The translations under genes were made by a program, and so were the position numbers. The notes under the pieces were generated by a model. The model was not told the origin of the DNA. It saw nothing but the letters and a program-made list of their open reading frames with translations, and did no database searches. This document shows positions 43,987 to 58,900 of a stretch of DNA of 64,000 nt, piece by piece. Each line of letters begins with the position of its first letter. Position 1 is the first letter of the stretch. The stretch is from a virus: positions 32,001 to 96,000 of the IMG/VR virus record IMGVR_UViG_3300037485_001872, one strand, 5' to 3'.

Positions 43987-46900
43987 TAGATACCTCCTGT
44001 TTTATCAATAGTATTTATGTTATTATCTAAGGCTTCTTTTTTAAGTTTTTCCTTTTCTAATTTAGATGGTTTTTGAACTGAAATTAAAACTTCACTATTT
44101 AACATACGATAGAAGGAAGTCTTCTCCCTAACCGCATCTGCGTTTCGTAAGTCCATATAGTGTTTGTAATACGTATTTCTCAATAATAGTCTAGCAACTT
44201 TAGGATAACCCTCCCATGTGCCAGAAGTTACAGGGTCAGAAGTCCAATCTTTCACTGTAAATAGTTGAGACATTGTATTACCAGCCATAATAGGTGATTT
44301 TATAATATCTATAACATTCAAGAATCCTGTTGGAGCCTGTGATGAACCAACTTCCGAAGTAGTTCTAAAGTAAATAAATGAAAGGTATTGGATAGCCCAG
44401 TTGTGTTTATTCTTGTCATCATCCGCAGCGGCCATCACTAACATTCCTAGCATCGTTAAAATAGTGAATGCGGCAACATCTAAAGCAATTAATTTCAAAT
44501 TGGCTTGTTCTGTCTTAGATAGACTTCTATAGTTAGACTTAATAGACGAAATAGCCTTTGTAAGCCCATCTTTATAGGCTAATGAGGTTAAGTCAGAGAT
44601 GAAGTGCTTAAATGTAATATAATGACCTTCTTCTTCAATTCCTTGGCGTAAATTTAAGTGCTTTCTCTTAAACCTTTTTTGAACTCCTAATGTAAACCAA
44701 TCCTTGAAGTTTGTAAAGAATTGCATCATAAAGTGTCGACTTGCTGCACTCTTATCGTCAGCTGAGGTTTTAGAATCTATTGTATTATTAGTAGAAATTA
44801 TTTTACTCTGTACACGACTTAATAAAGCATCTGCATATTCTTTACCTATAGCATTTTCTGTGGCTTCACTTAGTTGCATAATTCCCTCTCTATTTTCTAA
44901 TAGATTGTACAAGGAATCTTTACGAAGTGTGTTCCACTTAAATAATAAAGCCTTACTATCAATATTTGCATTATCTGCTCTAAGCTTAAACTCCTCGTAT
45001 GTTAAGAACTTATCACCAACAAGTCTAAAATCATCTAAAACACTAAGCATTACAATATTTGCGTGTGGGGTTGCCGCCATTTCCATAAATGCATATGGAC
45101 TGTCATTTAATGAACGCAATATTCTATTATACCCAGCACTCTTAGTCTTAGTAGCAATTTCATGCACTCCAAAGGTTTCACCTAGTTTGTACAATTTATT
45201 TTGTTTGTTAACCTTTCCTATCTCTGTAGTGTATTCTGGTAATAACTTAGATAGTTCTCCCCCAGCCCATCTACTTGAGTTAGTATTGATATATAAACCG
45301 ACACGGTTGTAAATAGCAAGTTGAATGTTAGATACTAAAGCAGAGGTGATGGCAATTGTTGGAGAAAATCCTAATGCCGCTTTCTTAATCAAATTATTAA
45401 AATGTACGGCCATTCTTGATACATCCACTTCCTTACCATTTTGTAATGTTATGGATGACTTCGCTGAGAGCCTTCTACCGTAGAAATATGCATCCATGGC
45501 TTCTCTATATGCTTCCGCTACATTGGTGGACGCTGGAGCCTTCCCTTTGTCAAATTTAGAGTTTAATAACTTATTCTGTATTACAGAAACATCGGCAATA
45601 GAGTTAATACGTTGTTCGAAGGTATTTGCTGCATTTTGTAATACGGCATAAGAATATATGAAATCATTTGAAACATCCTCCATATCATCCAAATCTCTTA
45701 AATAGTATTTTGGAATAATACGTATGTCTGTATCCTGTCCTTCCACTTGCTCTCCATAATCCTTTTCGTCCTCTCTATTATAGATGACATCTTTTACGCT
45801 ATTTTTAATAGCATCCCAACTTGCATTTTGAATACGTTCATATTTACCTCTTCTAACCTGTGGAATCTTGTTAATATTTCTTCCCTCTTCCTCATACTTA
45901 ATGTGAGCATCTTTGGTTACGGCCTTTAATTTTTGAAGCATTGTAAATTCTTCTAAATTAGTTGTGGCTTGCCCATTAGCATCAGGATTAAATCTACGGA
46001 AGTATTCATCATTTCTCCACTTACTGATTTTTGGTTGTTTAAATCCAAATTCAGAATCGGTTTTATAATCTGGGTTACGTAAATCTTCTCCCTCTTCCAC
46101 CCATTCAAATCTAGTTGAAATAGCCAGGTTATGTAAAATATTAGTTGGAGCATAAGCTGTTGCTTTAGCTGCTTCTAAATCATCCAATAATTTAGTGGTG
46201 GAATAGGTTCCGTCTTTTAGGTTTATTAAAAGCGCATCATATCCCATAGGAGCAAATCTCTTGAAGTAGCTAGTTACACGTTCTCTACTGTAATCGGCCA
46301 CTAACTCTTCCATCCCTCTATTTGTTAAAAGACTTCTAACATCGTCTGAAGAATTCACCCCATATTTTCTATCAAAATAGTCTTCATATGCTTTAAGGTT
46401 TTCTCCCCCACGTTGTACATTTTTAAGAGCTGAAGTGAAACGTCTAACCCGTGATTTATTCTCTTCTGTCATATGTAGAAGAAGAAACTCGGATTCTGGT
46501 TTACCTGAGTCGGCTAAAGCTTTAGTATAAGCTTCGTTTGTTGTATTTTCTGAATAGGAGAAAGGGTCTTCAATCTTCTCTTCATACTTACTTAAAATTG
46601 TATTAACATCTAGGAATAGTTCTTGAATACGGTCTTCTTTTTCAATTATATTCTTCTTTGTTAATTCCCCCATTAAATCGTATTCAATCTCCGCTGGCGA
46701 GTTAGCCGAAGTGAATTGACGTAAGATTTCTTTTTTAGAATTAAGAAGCTCTTCCAACTCATCCATACTAGCCTTCATAGTTCTACTATGCTCAGGTGTT
46801 ATACGGCTATCATTAAGTCTTATTGCATCCACTCTATCTACCATTTTGGTAGTGTTAGCAGTTATTGCATTCCAATAAGCATCACTAAAGTTTAATCCAC

Positions 46901-49900
46901 CATTGGCCATTAAGAATTTGAATGCGGCCTGGGAACCATCTGTAGATTCAATATCTCTCACTGCTGAGAAAAACTCATTTTTTATAGTTTTCTTTTTAGC
47001 CTCCTGTACTTTAACAACTTCGCTCGGTCTAAGTTCAGAGAAATTTTTAGAGAATAAACTTTGTGCCACCTTATTATTCATTTTAGTTTGCACAATTTCA
47101 TCCAGCTTTCTAAGTTGATTTGCAATCTCTAAATCCACTCCTGTTTTTTCCTCACCTGTTTCCGCATTGAAGAAACTTTTACGAGCTTTTCTGTCAGATA
47201 CAATTCTACTTAAATTATATTGGTCTTCCTCTTCAATTTTAGAATAATCCACTGAACCAGAAACACGATATTTTTCTAGTATTTCTGCTTTACGGGAAGC
47301 TAAATTAGCTAGGAACACTCTTAATTCATTTCCAACACCTGCTTCTGTATATAGATTTTCTTTATCTTGATAGTACTTAGCAACCATTGGTCTTTCAAGG
47401 TTTTCTTCATACCAATCATTTTTTGCTTTCAGAAATTTGTCTAATCCCTCATCGGTTAAGTCTGTTTCTACTGGGTATCGTTTTGCTTTTGCAATTTCTT
47501 CTTTTTTCTCATCGGTTAAATTAGCTTCATAAGCATCCTCAATCATTTTCTTTTCTGCATTGTCGAAGTCTTGGCTTCTAATAACAGAAATTAAATAATT
47601 GGACACTGAGGATTCTCTTAAACTTTTGAAACGAGTTATGTTCCAATTGTTTTTCTCAGCATAAGCTATAAGAGGGTTGATAATTTTTAATGTAGCTAGG
47701 TTAGCTAACATATTATTATTGGCAACAATCTTACCTAATAAATTTAAGAAAATATTTGGAGCATGTTCTAGCTGTCCAAAAACCTTTTGTAGAACATTAA
47801 CATCTCTTTGTACGGCATCAAAAGAAGCTTTAATATTCTCCTTAGTTACTACACCACTCTCTGTAGAAGAATCTGGAAGGTTAAGTCCCATTAATGTTCT
47901 ATCTACTATTTGCTCAACATCCTTATTTTCTTGTAAGTATGCTTCCCCCTGGATTCTATGTATCTCAATAGTTTGTTGTTCTAGTTGAGCTACAAGTTTA
48001 TCCTTATTTACATTTGGTTGATTTGGGAAGGTTTTAAATAAAGCAATAAGTCTATCTAACTGTGGAAGGGCTACAGTTGTTAAATATCTGTATTGTGATT
48101 GGTCTCCAAAGTTAAAAGCGGCTCCTGGGGTTTTTTTGTAAATACGAAGCTTGTTACTTAAATTGGTAATCTGTGCTTCATTCATACTAGCTATAACTTG
48201 AACAGCATGAAATTCATCCACTTCATTTAAAGAATTATTTAGAGCCTCTAATTTAACCTCCTCTGTTAAAGTATCATCAGCAAAAGCTTTGTTAAGTGTG
48301 GCTGTATTGGTTCCTATTTTTGCTATCGCTGCATTTAACCTACGAATATCTGATTTTAACGTCTGTGCGCCACTATCTTTAAGCTTTTGTAGAATACGTT
48401 GGTTACTTTGGATGTGTTGCTTCGCAACTTCTAATTCACCTAATAAACGTCTACGTGTTACATCTAATGTATTCACTACAGTGTTATTTACACTATATAG
48501 CACTAATGAACTTTGCTTTAATACATTTCTATCTAGAAACTCAGAATCCTCATTTAAAGCTATCCTTGTAGCCATATCCATATACTCCTGAAGAGCTGTT
48601 CTATGTCCTACATTTAAATGAGCTTGTATTCTATTAATGAAGGAGTTGATAATAGCAATTAACTTTTGAAATAAGGAGGGGTTCCCTGCTGTGTTAGCAA
48701 ATCCCTCTAGAATATTATTTAAAAGAATTTTTCCTAGGATTTCACGTCTAACGGCTTCCTCAAGTTCTTCTCCCTCATACAACTCAGAATACTTTTGATA
48801 GTACTCACCACTAAAAGTTTCCCATTCAGGTGTATTTTCAATTTCTTTTAATAAGTCACGGATTTCTTGTTGGTTTGGGTGCGCTTCTATTATTATATGC
48901 GCCACTTCTTCTGTTAAGTCTTGTAATGTAGCATTATCTGAAAGAGCTACAACACCATTAGCTAAATCTACTAAAGCATTTACCGATAGGTCAGTGCCTG
49001 TACGTACTTTATATTTGGCCGTATATTCTGTAATACTCACTACAGAAATTCCCATTTTATTAAGTAGGCCAAGTAATTTAGATTTTAGTAAATCCTGCTC
49101 CTGTTTTGAAATAGGAACTCCTTTAAATGGTGTGGACTTTTGATATGACAGGTTAAATAAAACATCATGCACCCCGTCTAAATCTGCATCAATTTTCCCT
49201 TTTTCTAAATCAGAGATTGACACTTGTTTAACCCCACCATCTTTGGTTGGTATTTCAATAACACTTTCATCTTTTTGATTAAGGGTGAATGTACCATCAT
49301 TAGAGAGTGTCATTCCTTCTCTACCTAAGTCGGCCAGAGCTTCATCAGAAAGGATGGCGGCACTAACAATTGAGTTTATAGCAAGTTCTCCCTTACCAGC
49401 TAATTTGAACTCTCCATTTGGCATTTGCTTCTTGTTAGGAGCTATTAAACCTTGGCGTAAGTATTTATTTATAAATCCACTAATTGACTTAGGATTACTA
49501 TTACTGTCAATAGCGGCCACCTTTAAAAAGCTGTCAGGATTTTCTAACTTGTATTGGTTATTCATCACCACTAAATCAGCAGTGGCTATATCGAATACAT
49601 CTGGGTTAGTTGTAATCATTATATCGTCTGTAGATATAAATCCCATTTCAATGCTACCAATATTTGTGTTATTTAAAGCATCTGCAAAATTAGTGAACAC
49701 TTTACCCTCTGGGGTACGATAGAATAGCTTAGGTTCTCCCCCTTTGTTTACTAGGGGATTTGCTTTTCCACTGATTTTAACCTTTGGATTTTTTATAACC
49801 ACCTGGGTTTCTCTTTTTCCTGCGGCATCAAAAGTACTTAGGAATACAACATCTGCTTTGGCTGCATTTATCTCAGTTGTTTCATTTTGTCTAGCTACAG

Positions 49901-52900
49901 AGAATGGTACATTAGTTTCTACCCTCACTGTCTCTACTTTTGGTGAATCTACTAGGTAGAAATCTACACCACTTCCTCTATCATACTCTTTGGCCATTTC
50001 ATAAGTTGTGGCCGCAAAAATACCCTCTACATCTGGGTGAGCATTAACTCCTGTCTTTCCATCTATTCCCTTAAAGTAAAGAGAAGGTGATTTCATTTTA
50101 GCCGCTGTAGATAGTATTAAGGCTTTTGCTGTAGGGTGTAATTTTTCTACAGGAACATTTTCTAGTTGTTTTTCAATATCTTCATTGGTAGATGGGGTTG
50201 TCCAATCTCCAAAGAATTTCTTAAATTTCTCTGAGAATACATTTTGGAAAATACCATTAGCATCTTCATTACTTTGGATGTGTGGGTTGGCAGCTATTTC
50301 TGAGAATAGTTCTGAAGCTACTTGAGGAGTTGGAGCTATTTTATTAGCATCAATCATATCCTCCACTGTTTTGTACATTTTCTTGAAATATTCAGCATGG
50401 AGTTGAGGATTAGAATGAAAAGATTTTTCTAACATATTTTCATTTCTATCTGCCTCCACTGTAACATTCATCATATCATCAAGGGCTGTTCCTTCATATA
50501 CGGCAAGATTATATATATTGGCGTGAGAAATAACATCAGCATTATCTTTTAAGAATTTAATTGTGTTCTCATACGTTGCTGCTGTTTCTTTTTCAAAACC
50601 AATGATTAAATTTGGAATAAATTTCATTCCATTTTTTCTAATAATTTGAACGGCTTCTGCATTTAATCTTTCAGAGTTTGGTTTACTCATACCACGCATT
50701 ACAGAGTCGTTATTAGACTCTACACCAATTTCTACTAAAGCTATACCAGCTTTTTGCCAAAATCCTGGATTACTATCAATCTTTTTAACAGTGGCTGAGG
50801 TAGTTTGGATAATGAACCCTTTAAATCCTGGTTGTTGCTCCTTAACTCTTTGGTAAACATCTTCCAAATAAGTATAATTATCTGCCTGGCCAAATGTTTT
50901 ATCATCTAAGTAGATGTATTTAGCATTTAATTTTGAAATATTTTCAACTTGCTCATCAATATTCTCCTTTGTTATTTTTTCAATCTTCTTAACAACAGTA
51001 CAGAAAGCACAATTAAATAAACATCCTTCTGACATTTTTAGACGAGGAATAATTTCCATCCCTTTGAAAACATCATACTTATATCCATCTTTAAAATCAT
51101 ATCCAGCTTCTAACACCCCGTCTTCCATTGTATCAAAAGTAGAAGCATTTGTAGTGTTAAATTTACTTGAAAGATTAGGAATATAACCTCCTAACATGAA
51201 GTTTATTGATGGGTTGTCTTTTACAAGTGTTTGAGCTGTAGATAAATTGGCATCTAATACAGAAAGCATTACCTTTTTATACCCTGCTTGTTGAATAAAG
51301 TTAAGGGTTTCCTCTGGGTCACGCATTACATACATGTCCATATCTTTCCCTACACTATTATTAACAGCTGCTATCCAGAATGGAACCTCCATAAAGTCAA
51401 CGCTTCTATCATACCCCTCCACTTTAGAATACACCTTATCAAAATAATCATCAAAGATTTGTCCTTGTTCTGTAACATTTCCTTCACGTTGTCTATCCAA
51501 TATGTATTGTGAGCTAACTTGAATAGTTAATACCTTATCGGCATTATCTTTTGAAGGATTTTGGTTTACATAAATATTCTTTTGATTTAAACCATCATGT
51601 GCTGCTAATGCTTCTGTATATGTAGGAAACCCTTTAGTATCTTTAAATGTAGATGATGGTGTTAATGATGTATTTTTTTCAAAACTAGAAAGTCCTTCAA
51701 TTTTAAAATTAGGACGGGTGGTTTCTTTCGAAAAATATGTGTTTGCTTCTTGTAATTTTTCTCTTACATTATCCCCACGGAACGTATTGAAATAAGCTAT
51801 TTCTTGTTGCATTGCTTTTACATCACCATTCACCACTGCTAATGCTAATTGACGAGCATGCTCTTGCGCAATTGACATTACAGGTTGTGCTTCATAAGCG
51901 GCTCTAAACAAGTCAAGGCGGTCTTGATTCATTGAAGATACTTGTGCATAACTATCTATTGGAGAAAGTCTATCTGAGGTAATTTTTCCTAAGAAATCTT
52001 CTATCTTATTTATCTTTTCAAATATATAAGACGGGTCTAAAAATGTATTTTTGTATTTTGCAAGTTCTCTTAATACATCTCCTGCATTCTCTATTTTATA
52101 TTTCCAAACATTTCCACCCTCTCCTTTAAAAGACACTTCTAAAAGTCTTTCTGCATTAGCATCTTGGTGGTCATATACATCAACTTCTTGTGGGGCTAAA
52201 TATTGAAAGTATTCTCCTTTAAGTATAGCTCCTGTAGAACGAGAAATAAATTCTCCTAAAGGCATGTTCGCTAATTCTTCTGATGAAGCATCTTTAAGTC
52301 CAAATTGCTTGGCCACCCATTCATAAATTGTAGAAAGCCAATCTTTTAGTTGTTGTAGGAAGCCTTTATCATTTGATAAATTGTCAAGTTCTTTTGCTCC
52401 ATACTTTCCAATTAAGTTAGCTCTCACCTCATCCACAAGTCTTTCAAGATGTTGCTCAGGAGATTCCTCTGCTGCCCTAGCATAAACAGGGTTGTTTAAA
52501 TCCATTCCTGTTGCTGTTGCTAAGTCACTAAGTTGGGTTTGTGAGTTTCTTACAACAAATTGTGTCATAATGTTATGTACATCAGTGTATTCCTTCTTTA
52601 ATTCTGTATAAGAAATATTAGATAGGTCTACCCCTGCAAATTTATGGTTTAAAATATCGGCCACTAATCTGGCTTCTACTTCCCCAAATAATAAAGAATA
52701 ATTTAAGTATTTGGCATCTGTCTTATTTGTATTAAAGAAGTAATCTAATTCATATTGTGCAGCACTTAAAATATTACTTTCATTTACTGAAGGAGAGTTA
52801 TTTTTTAGATAAATAGCAATAGCATCTCGTACTTCTCCTAATTTATTAGAAGAATTTCCTATTATTTTTTTGGCTTCGTTAAATATTGTATCACTATTTC

Positions 52901-55900
52901 CTCCTCTTGGAAAATTCTCTATTTCCTGAATAGCATGACTTACTTCATGTATAAGAGTTAAAGCATAATATTTACTCCCATTAAGGTCGCCAGACTCGAT
53001 ATTGTTGATGATATTTCGAACCTCTCCTCCGTTGTTCCCAACTCCTGATTCTCCAATATTTTGCTCTCGGCTACTAATACGAATAAGTCCATTAGAGTAA
53101 GACCCGTTAGCTGTGTCAGCTTCTGATTTTTTGTAGAAATGTACATTTATATTTTTTAATTGTGGATATAATGTGAATAAACTAGTGTTTTCTAATACTT
53201 GGTCTAGGGTGTATTCTTTCCCTGGAGATGTATCTAGTCCTTTTTTAATATTAAACTCTTGTAATAGTTCATTAGAGAAATATTTCCATTGGCCTTCCTC
53301 TTTAAACCATCCTGTTTTATTTTCTATCTGTTGTGGGGAAGCTCCTTGAATTTCTAACTCCTTTGCCTGATTAAATAAAGAATTTAGCACGTTTAGGTTT
53401 TTTGCTCCTTGCTCTCCTACTATTTGAAAAAGAGGAATATTGTGTTTACCTCCTAATACCTCTAATAGAATAAGTTGTTGTTCTCTCACAACATCCTCTG
53501 TTTTACTAAGTAATCTGTTTCTTCTAGCTTCGGGTGTAAAAATATTTCTATAAGTTACGTTACGAGCCTCTACTTCTCCTGCTAATTTTTGATATAAATT
53601 ATATGGGGAAAACTCTGAAATTCTATCTCTAATAGGATTTAAATATTCATCTAAAGCATAAAGAACATCCATATAATCCTCTCTAGCTGCAATTTCCATC
53701 TTAATACGTAGTCTTTCAGGAAGATTATCCCACTCTTCTTCTATTTGTTTTGCTAACTCTTCGGATATTACTAAATCCTCTTTAATTAAAAAATCAGCCT
53801 TAAAGATTTTGTTTAGTTTTTTTTCTGTAATATCATCTAATAGTTCCACTATATAAGACATTTCCCTTAATACGTTCTCCTGTACTCTTAGATTTTCAAT
53901 CTCATTTAGTTGTTCCTTGGTAAATATTTTATTTAAATTTTCTAATACTATTTCTGTGTTTCCACCTTTTGCAAAAAATTCTATAAATTGAATAGCATGT
54001 TGAAGCTCATGTATTAAATCTCCAAATATGAGTCTTTCTTCTTTAACATTTATTTCAATTGAGTTTGTTTCGGGGATATACCATGAATTATTTCTTACAC
54101 GTGGGTCTATAGATATGGTGACTTTCATATCTTTTAGTTGTGGGTATGCTTTAAATAGTTCTGAATTGTTTAACACTTGACTAAGTGTATACTCTCCATT
54201 AGTGCTTATTTTTAGGGTTCCATCTGCAATTTCATACTTCCACTTTCCTTCTACCCCCTTTTCCCAACCTGTAGCTAAAAGGATTTCTTTAGGTGTCTTA
54301 CCTAATTCTTCTAATTTTTGTGCCACACTTAGATTCTCTAACACGGCTGTAGCATTTTCTAGTCCTTTAGCCCCCTTTTCTCCTATAATTTGAAAAAGAG
54401 GAATACCTTGCTTTACCTCATTTTGTAGTTCTGGGGTGATGTCTATTTTATAAATAGATGGACTAATTGAATTTAATTCTTCCACTATCTTAGTAGCTTC
54501 ATCTTTAGTATATTCTATGTCTTTTCCATTTTTATTATTCCATTCCCTAGCAATACCATTCCATATAGAAAAATTACCATTTGGTTTTTCCTCTATATAT
54601 GATGCTGCAAGTAGTGCATTATCGTCTTCAAACTTAGTAGTGGTTGGGGTTTGTTTAAAAACACTCTTAGCGACCTCCCCAACAGTGCCTAATGTTCCTT
54701 TAACAGGATTTCCGTAAAAGGCATTCATCCCTTCTCTACGTGGCATAGAAACACCTGATTCCTCAGTTTGCATTCTATTCCATAACCTGTCAATTAATTT
54801 TTGTTTTTGTGCCTCGTTACGTTCTCTACTTAACACTTTATCAACAACTGCTGCAAGTTGTTCTTTAGTTTTAACTACAACATTATTAGCAGAAAGCATT
54901 AAATTATCAACATCTGTATTTTCAAATGCTGTTCCTCCCACTTGTTCTTTGATATTAATACTCCACCCCTCTAAAGGAGTGTATTTTGGTTTATCATTTA
55001 TTGATGAATACTGGGCTCTCTCTTCAGGAGTTAATTTATCCTCCCATCCATTTCCATATTTGTTATAAAGGTCATTAACTAAAGTTTGTCTTTCTTCATT
55101 CCTTTCTTTGTTTCTTTCTGTAGCTTTTTGCCATTGGATTTTTTCACTTCCCCAACGTTCAAATTGTTGTTCACCATTTGTCCAAGAAATACTATCAACA
55201 CCTTGTTTTACGGCTTCCTTTAAAGCAACTTTAAAGGCAAGTTTCACCCATTGTGGGGTACTTGTTATGAAAGGAGCTGTTGGTATTTTTGATTTAATGT
55301 TAAAATTATTATCAAATAAAGCATTGTAATCCTCCTTATTTTGATTAAAATTTAATATGGCTTCGCTATTAACATTTAATTGTCTTTCATATGCAATTAT
55401 TTCTGCCTTTATGAGTGTATCAGCAAATGCTTGTCTAGATGTATGATTAAAAAAGTGTGCATCATCTTTTCTATTATTAAAATCCAACATTTTTTCGTCA
55501 TGTCTTTGTTGAATCATCTCTAATCTAGTAGCAAGTGAGGTTTCAGAAAGTACTTTTATTCTATCTTCTGTTGCACTACTATTTAAATATTCAGATAGGT
55601 TTATTAATTTTGCATATTCCTTTTGACTATCTTCCCATCTAGTACGAATTTCTGATAGTTGTTCGGGGGATAATGCTGCTTTATCTGCTGTTATATTTTG
55701 AGCATTATATTTCTGACCCCAATCGCTCTGAAGCTCTTCGAGAAATAACGTAGATGCACCATTTATATCTGTACGGGTATCCATACGTAAATGTACTAAT
55801 ACGTTGGGTTCATCCCAATGTGCTGAAGAGAAGTTTTTTGATTTTGAAATATCTGTTCCTATGTCCTCTAAATATTTATTATACTCTTCTTCAACTCTCT

Positions 55901-58900
55901 CTGGACTCCCAAATAATATACCATTATTATTAGAGGCTACCATAAATTCATTTCGAGTCATTGGGGCTTGTTTTGGAAGCACCACTAATATTTCCCTATA
56001 ATTCTGTCTGGCTCCTTTTTCAGTATGTGCTCCCCACTTTACTTCTTTTTGTTCCTTAAAATACTCTGTAATTTGGTCTTTTGCTTCTGTGAGTGTTTCT
56101 GGATACAATCGCATATCCAATTTCATTCCCCCTGGTTTATAAACATGGAAATCCTTATCCCCTCTTTTTTCAATTCTCCACCCTGCATTTTTAAATTCAA
56201 CAATATTTCCTATAGGAGATGTTCGTTCACTTCTTACCCAAGCTTCAGTGTCTAATTCATTACCTGATATTTTAGCATCAAGTTCTTCCAGTTTTTTATA
56301 AATATCACCAAATTCTTGTTGGTATGTAGCCTCCATTTCTTCTCCTGCCTCTCTTAGGTCTTCTCCTAATTGTGCATATCCACTTTGAGAATAACTTCCA
56401 GTCCACTCATCCATTTCCCTTCGTATTCTTGTAACTTTTTCTTGTATTGCCTCTGCCGCTGGAGATACTCTATCCCTTATTTGTTGTTGCAGAGCTGCTT
56501 TTTGCTTATTGAATTCTTCTGCTTCTTTTAGTGTTAAACTACCCTTCACAACCTCAACCACCTGTACACGATTGTCCTTTAAGAATTGTTGTATTTCGGC
56601 TTTTGTAACACTTCTATTTTGTTCTTTCAACCAGGCGTTTAACCCAACCCATTCTGCTTCTGACCCTTTTCCAAATTTATCCAACCATTGTTTTGCTGGA
56701 ATTTTTTCCACCTTACTTTCAGAAATTAGTTTTTCTAATGGTGAATAAAAACCATTAACTACTTCTGCCGCAATTGGGCGTACTTCTGTCGGTACTCCTC
56801 CAATATTCATGGTGATAGTACTACCTACAGCTTCTGCATATTTTTCATCTAAAGCATTTTGCCATTGTTGGGCTATTGGTGTTAATAATTCATTCCCTCT
56901 TTCTAAAATAGCTTGTGCTTGTTTATTTCCATCTTTTGCTGCTTCTTTTAATAGGGCTTGGTGAAGATGCGCCACCTCATGAAGCGTAGTTTCATTAGAT
57001 AGTTTTTCAGGATTTAAATAAATCTTTCCGTCAAAATACATTCCATAAACAACCCCTACTGGAGTTTTTAATTCATATGTATCAAACTTTCTATCAAAGT
57101 TTAACTTAGTTACTACAGGAATACCCATAGCTTCTGCTTGTGCTTTTAGCTTATTAAAAACAGACGGCTCCATCTTAGTAGCATCTAGTTGTATACTTTT
57201 AATATACACCAAAGTATTCTCAATTCCTGCGTCTCCTCCTATTTTAAGTTCCTGTTCTCCTATAAAGGTTCCTATTTCTTCACTACCTTTTTCAATTTTA
57301 GTATTTTCTTTTAACTTTTGTAAGTCTAAATCAATTCTAACTCCTCCATCTGCAAATGTTACAGGAGACCCATCAGGTAGATACCAACGAGTAGTGGTAA
57401 GTTCTGGATGGTCAAATTGGTCAGAGGTAGTTGTAGATACTCCTGGATACTCTCCTTCATCTCCTACGATGATATTACTGTCAAGTATTGAAGCTAAATT
57501 CTTAGTTGTAGTGTAATGGTAAGTAGTGGGTGCATTAATATCTCCCTCAAGACCATATGGATTATCTTGAACATTTAATAGCTTATGAAAAGCCATTTGC
57601 TCTGTTCTAAGTGGTTTTGCAAACTCTCCTTTTCCAGGTTCCACTTGGTCATATGTAAGTTCTTTATTTTGCCATCTATCATAAAGCTTATTTTGTTCCC
57701 TTGTAAAATTCTCATCTACAACATTTCTTAAATCAATTAAATCTGATGGTGATAATTTTACTCCTTGTTTTAAAGCATCAATGTATTGTCTAAAATTTTC
57801 TAAAGTGATGCGTTCTCCTCCAAAAGTTGAGGGGGCATTAAATTTTAGTTGCTCTTTAATAGTGATGGCTTTATCATCAAATACAACGTAATTGCGTTCT
57901 TTAGAAATATTATCTGTAACTCCTGTTCCTAAACTATCAGGTGGGTATTGTATTCCATCAATTCCAGCTCTTAATAAAAATTCTGAGGCAGCTTTTGCTG
58001 AACCATCAAGACCTCTAAATTGTTTTTGTAGTTCTGAATATATTTCTGCGGCTGTATATTGAGGAGAAGCTAAACCTGATGTATTAATTCCTTCTTTTTT
58101 CCCTTGTTTTGCTATCTTTGCAGCTTGTGTTGGGGTTAGTTTTTGATACCAATCTAAGAAGTCATATTGGTCTGGTGTTTTTCCTTCATGTAACGCCACT
58201 TTATAAACCACCCCAGAATTTGTTAATTTTGTCTTTATAGTTTCATTTAACAATGTTTGGGCTTCATCAATGGCTTTCTGTTGATACTCAACATCATTTC
58301 CATATTCTAATTCCTTTTGAGAGTCCTTAATAAAATCACGGATGATATTTTTTATTTCTTCTTTAACAGATGCATTTTTATTAAATTCATTTTTTAAATC
58401 TATTTCTGCTATTGTAAGCTCATCTACAAGTCTTCTTTGAGTTTCATTTTTGGCATTTTTATATCCAACTACAACACCTTTTTCATAGATTTTCCACTTT
58501 CCAATAGAAATATCCTGAATCTCAGTGTCGGCCATTTCCTTTGCATAATTGTCTGCAATATTTTTAAGAGAAGTGAAATAAATTCCATGCCCAAATACGC
58601 TTCCACCTTGACCTTCTCCAACTTTTGACATATCAAAATTATCGAAAGTACGACCAGTACCATGAAATGCTTCCACCTGTGCTAGATAAGCTGAATGTTC
58701 CGCAATAATACGGTTCATCTCATTCACATCTGTAGAAATGACTTCATTCGGGGTGAACTTTTTGAAAAGGTCTTTGAAGTAGTTTATAAGTACCTCTGGA
58801 GAAGTTGATTCCGCTGTTGGTGTAGCTTGAAAACTAGGAATTTGTGCACTTAAATAGTTGTACACTTTACTAATAACACCTTTCTTGTCTCTTTTTATTA

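Noticed and set aside
49170-49196. RNA polymerase catalytic motif in the giant protein (DADLDGV)
   Set aside because: Lacks the third Asp of DxDGD/DFDID and shows no recognisable double-psi-barrel context; a virion RNAP, if present, is not visible in this window
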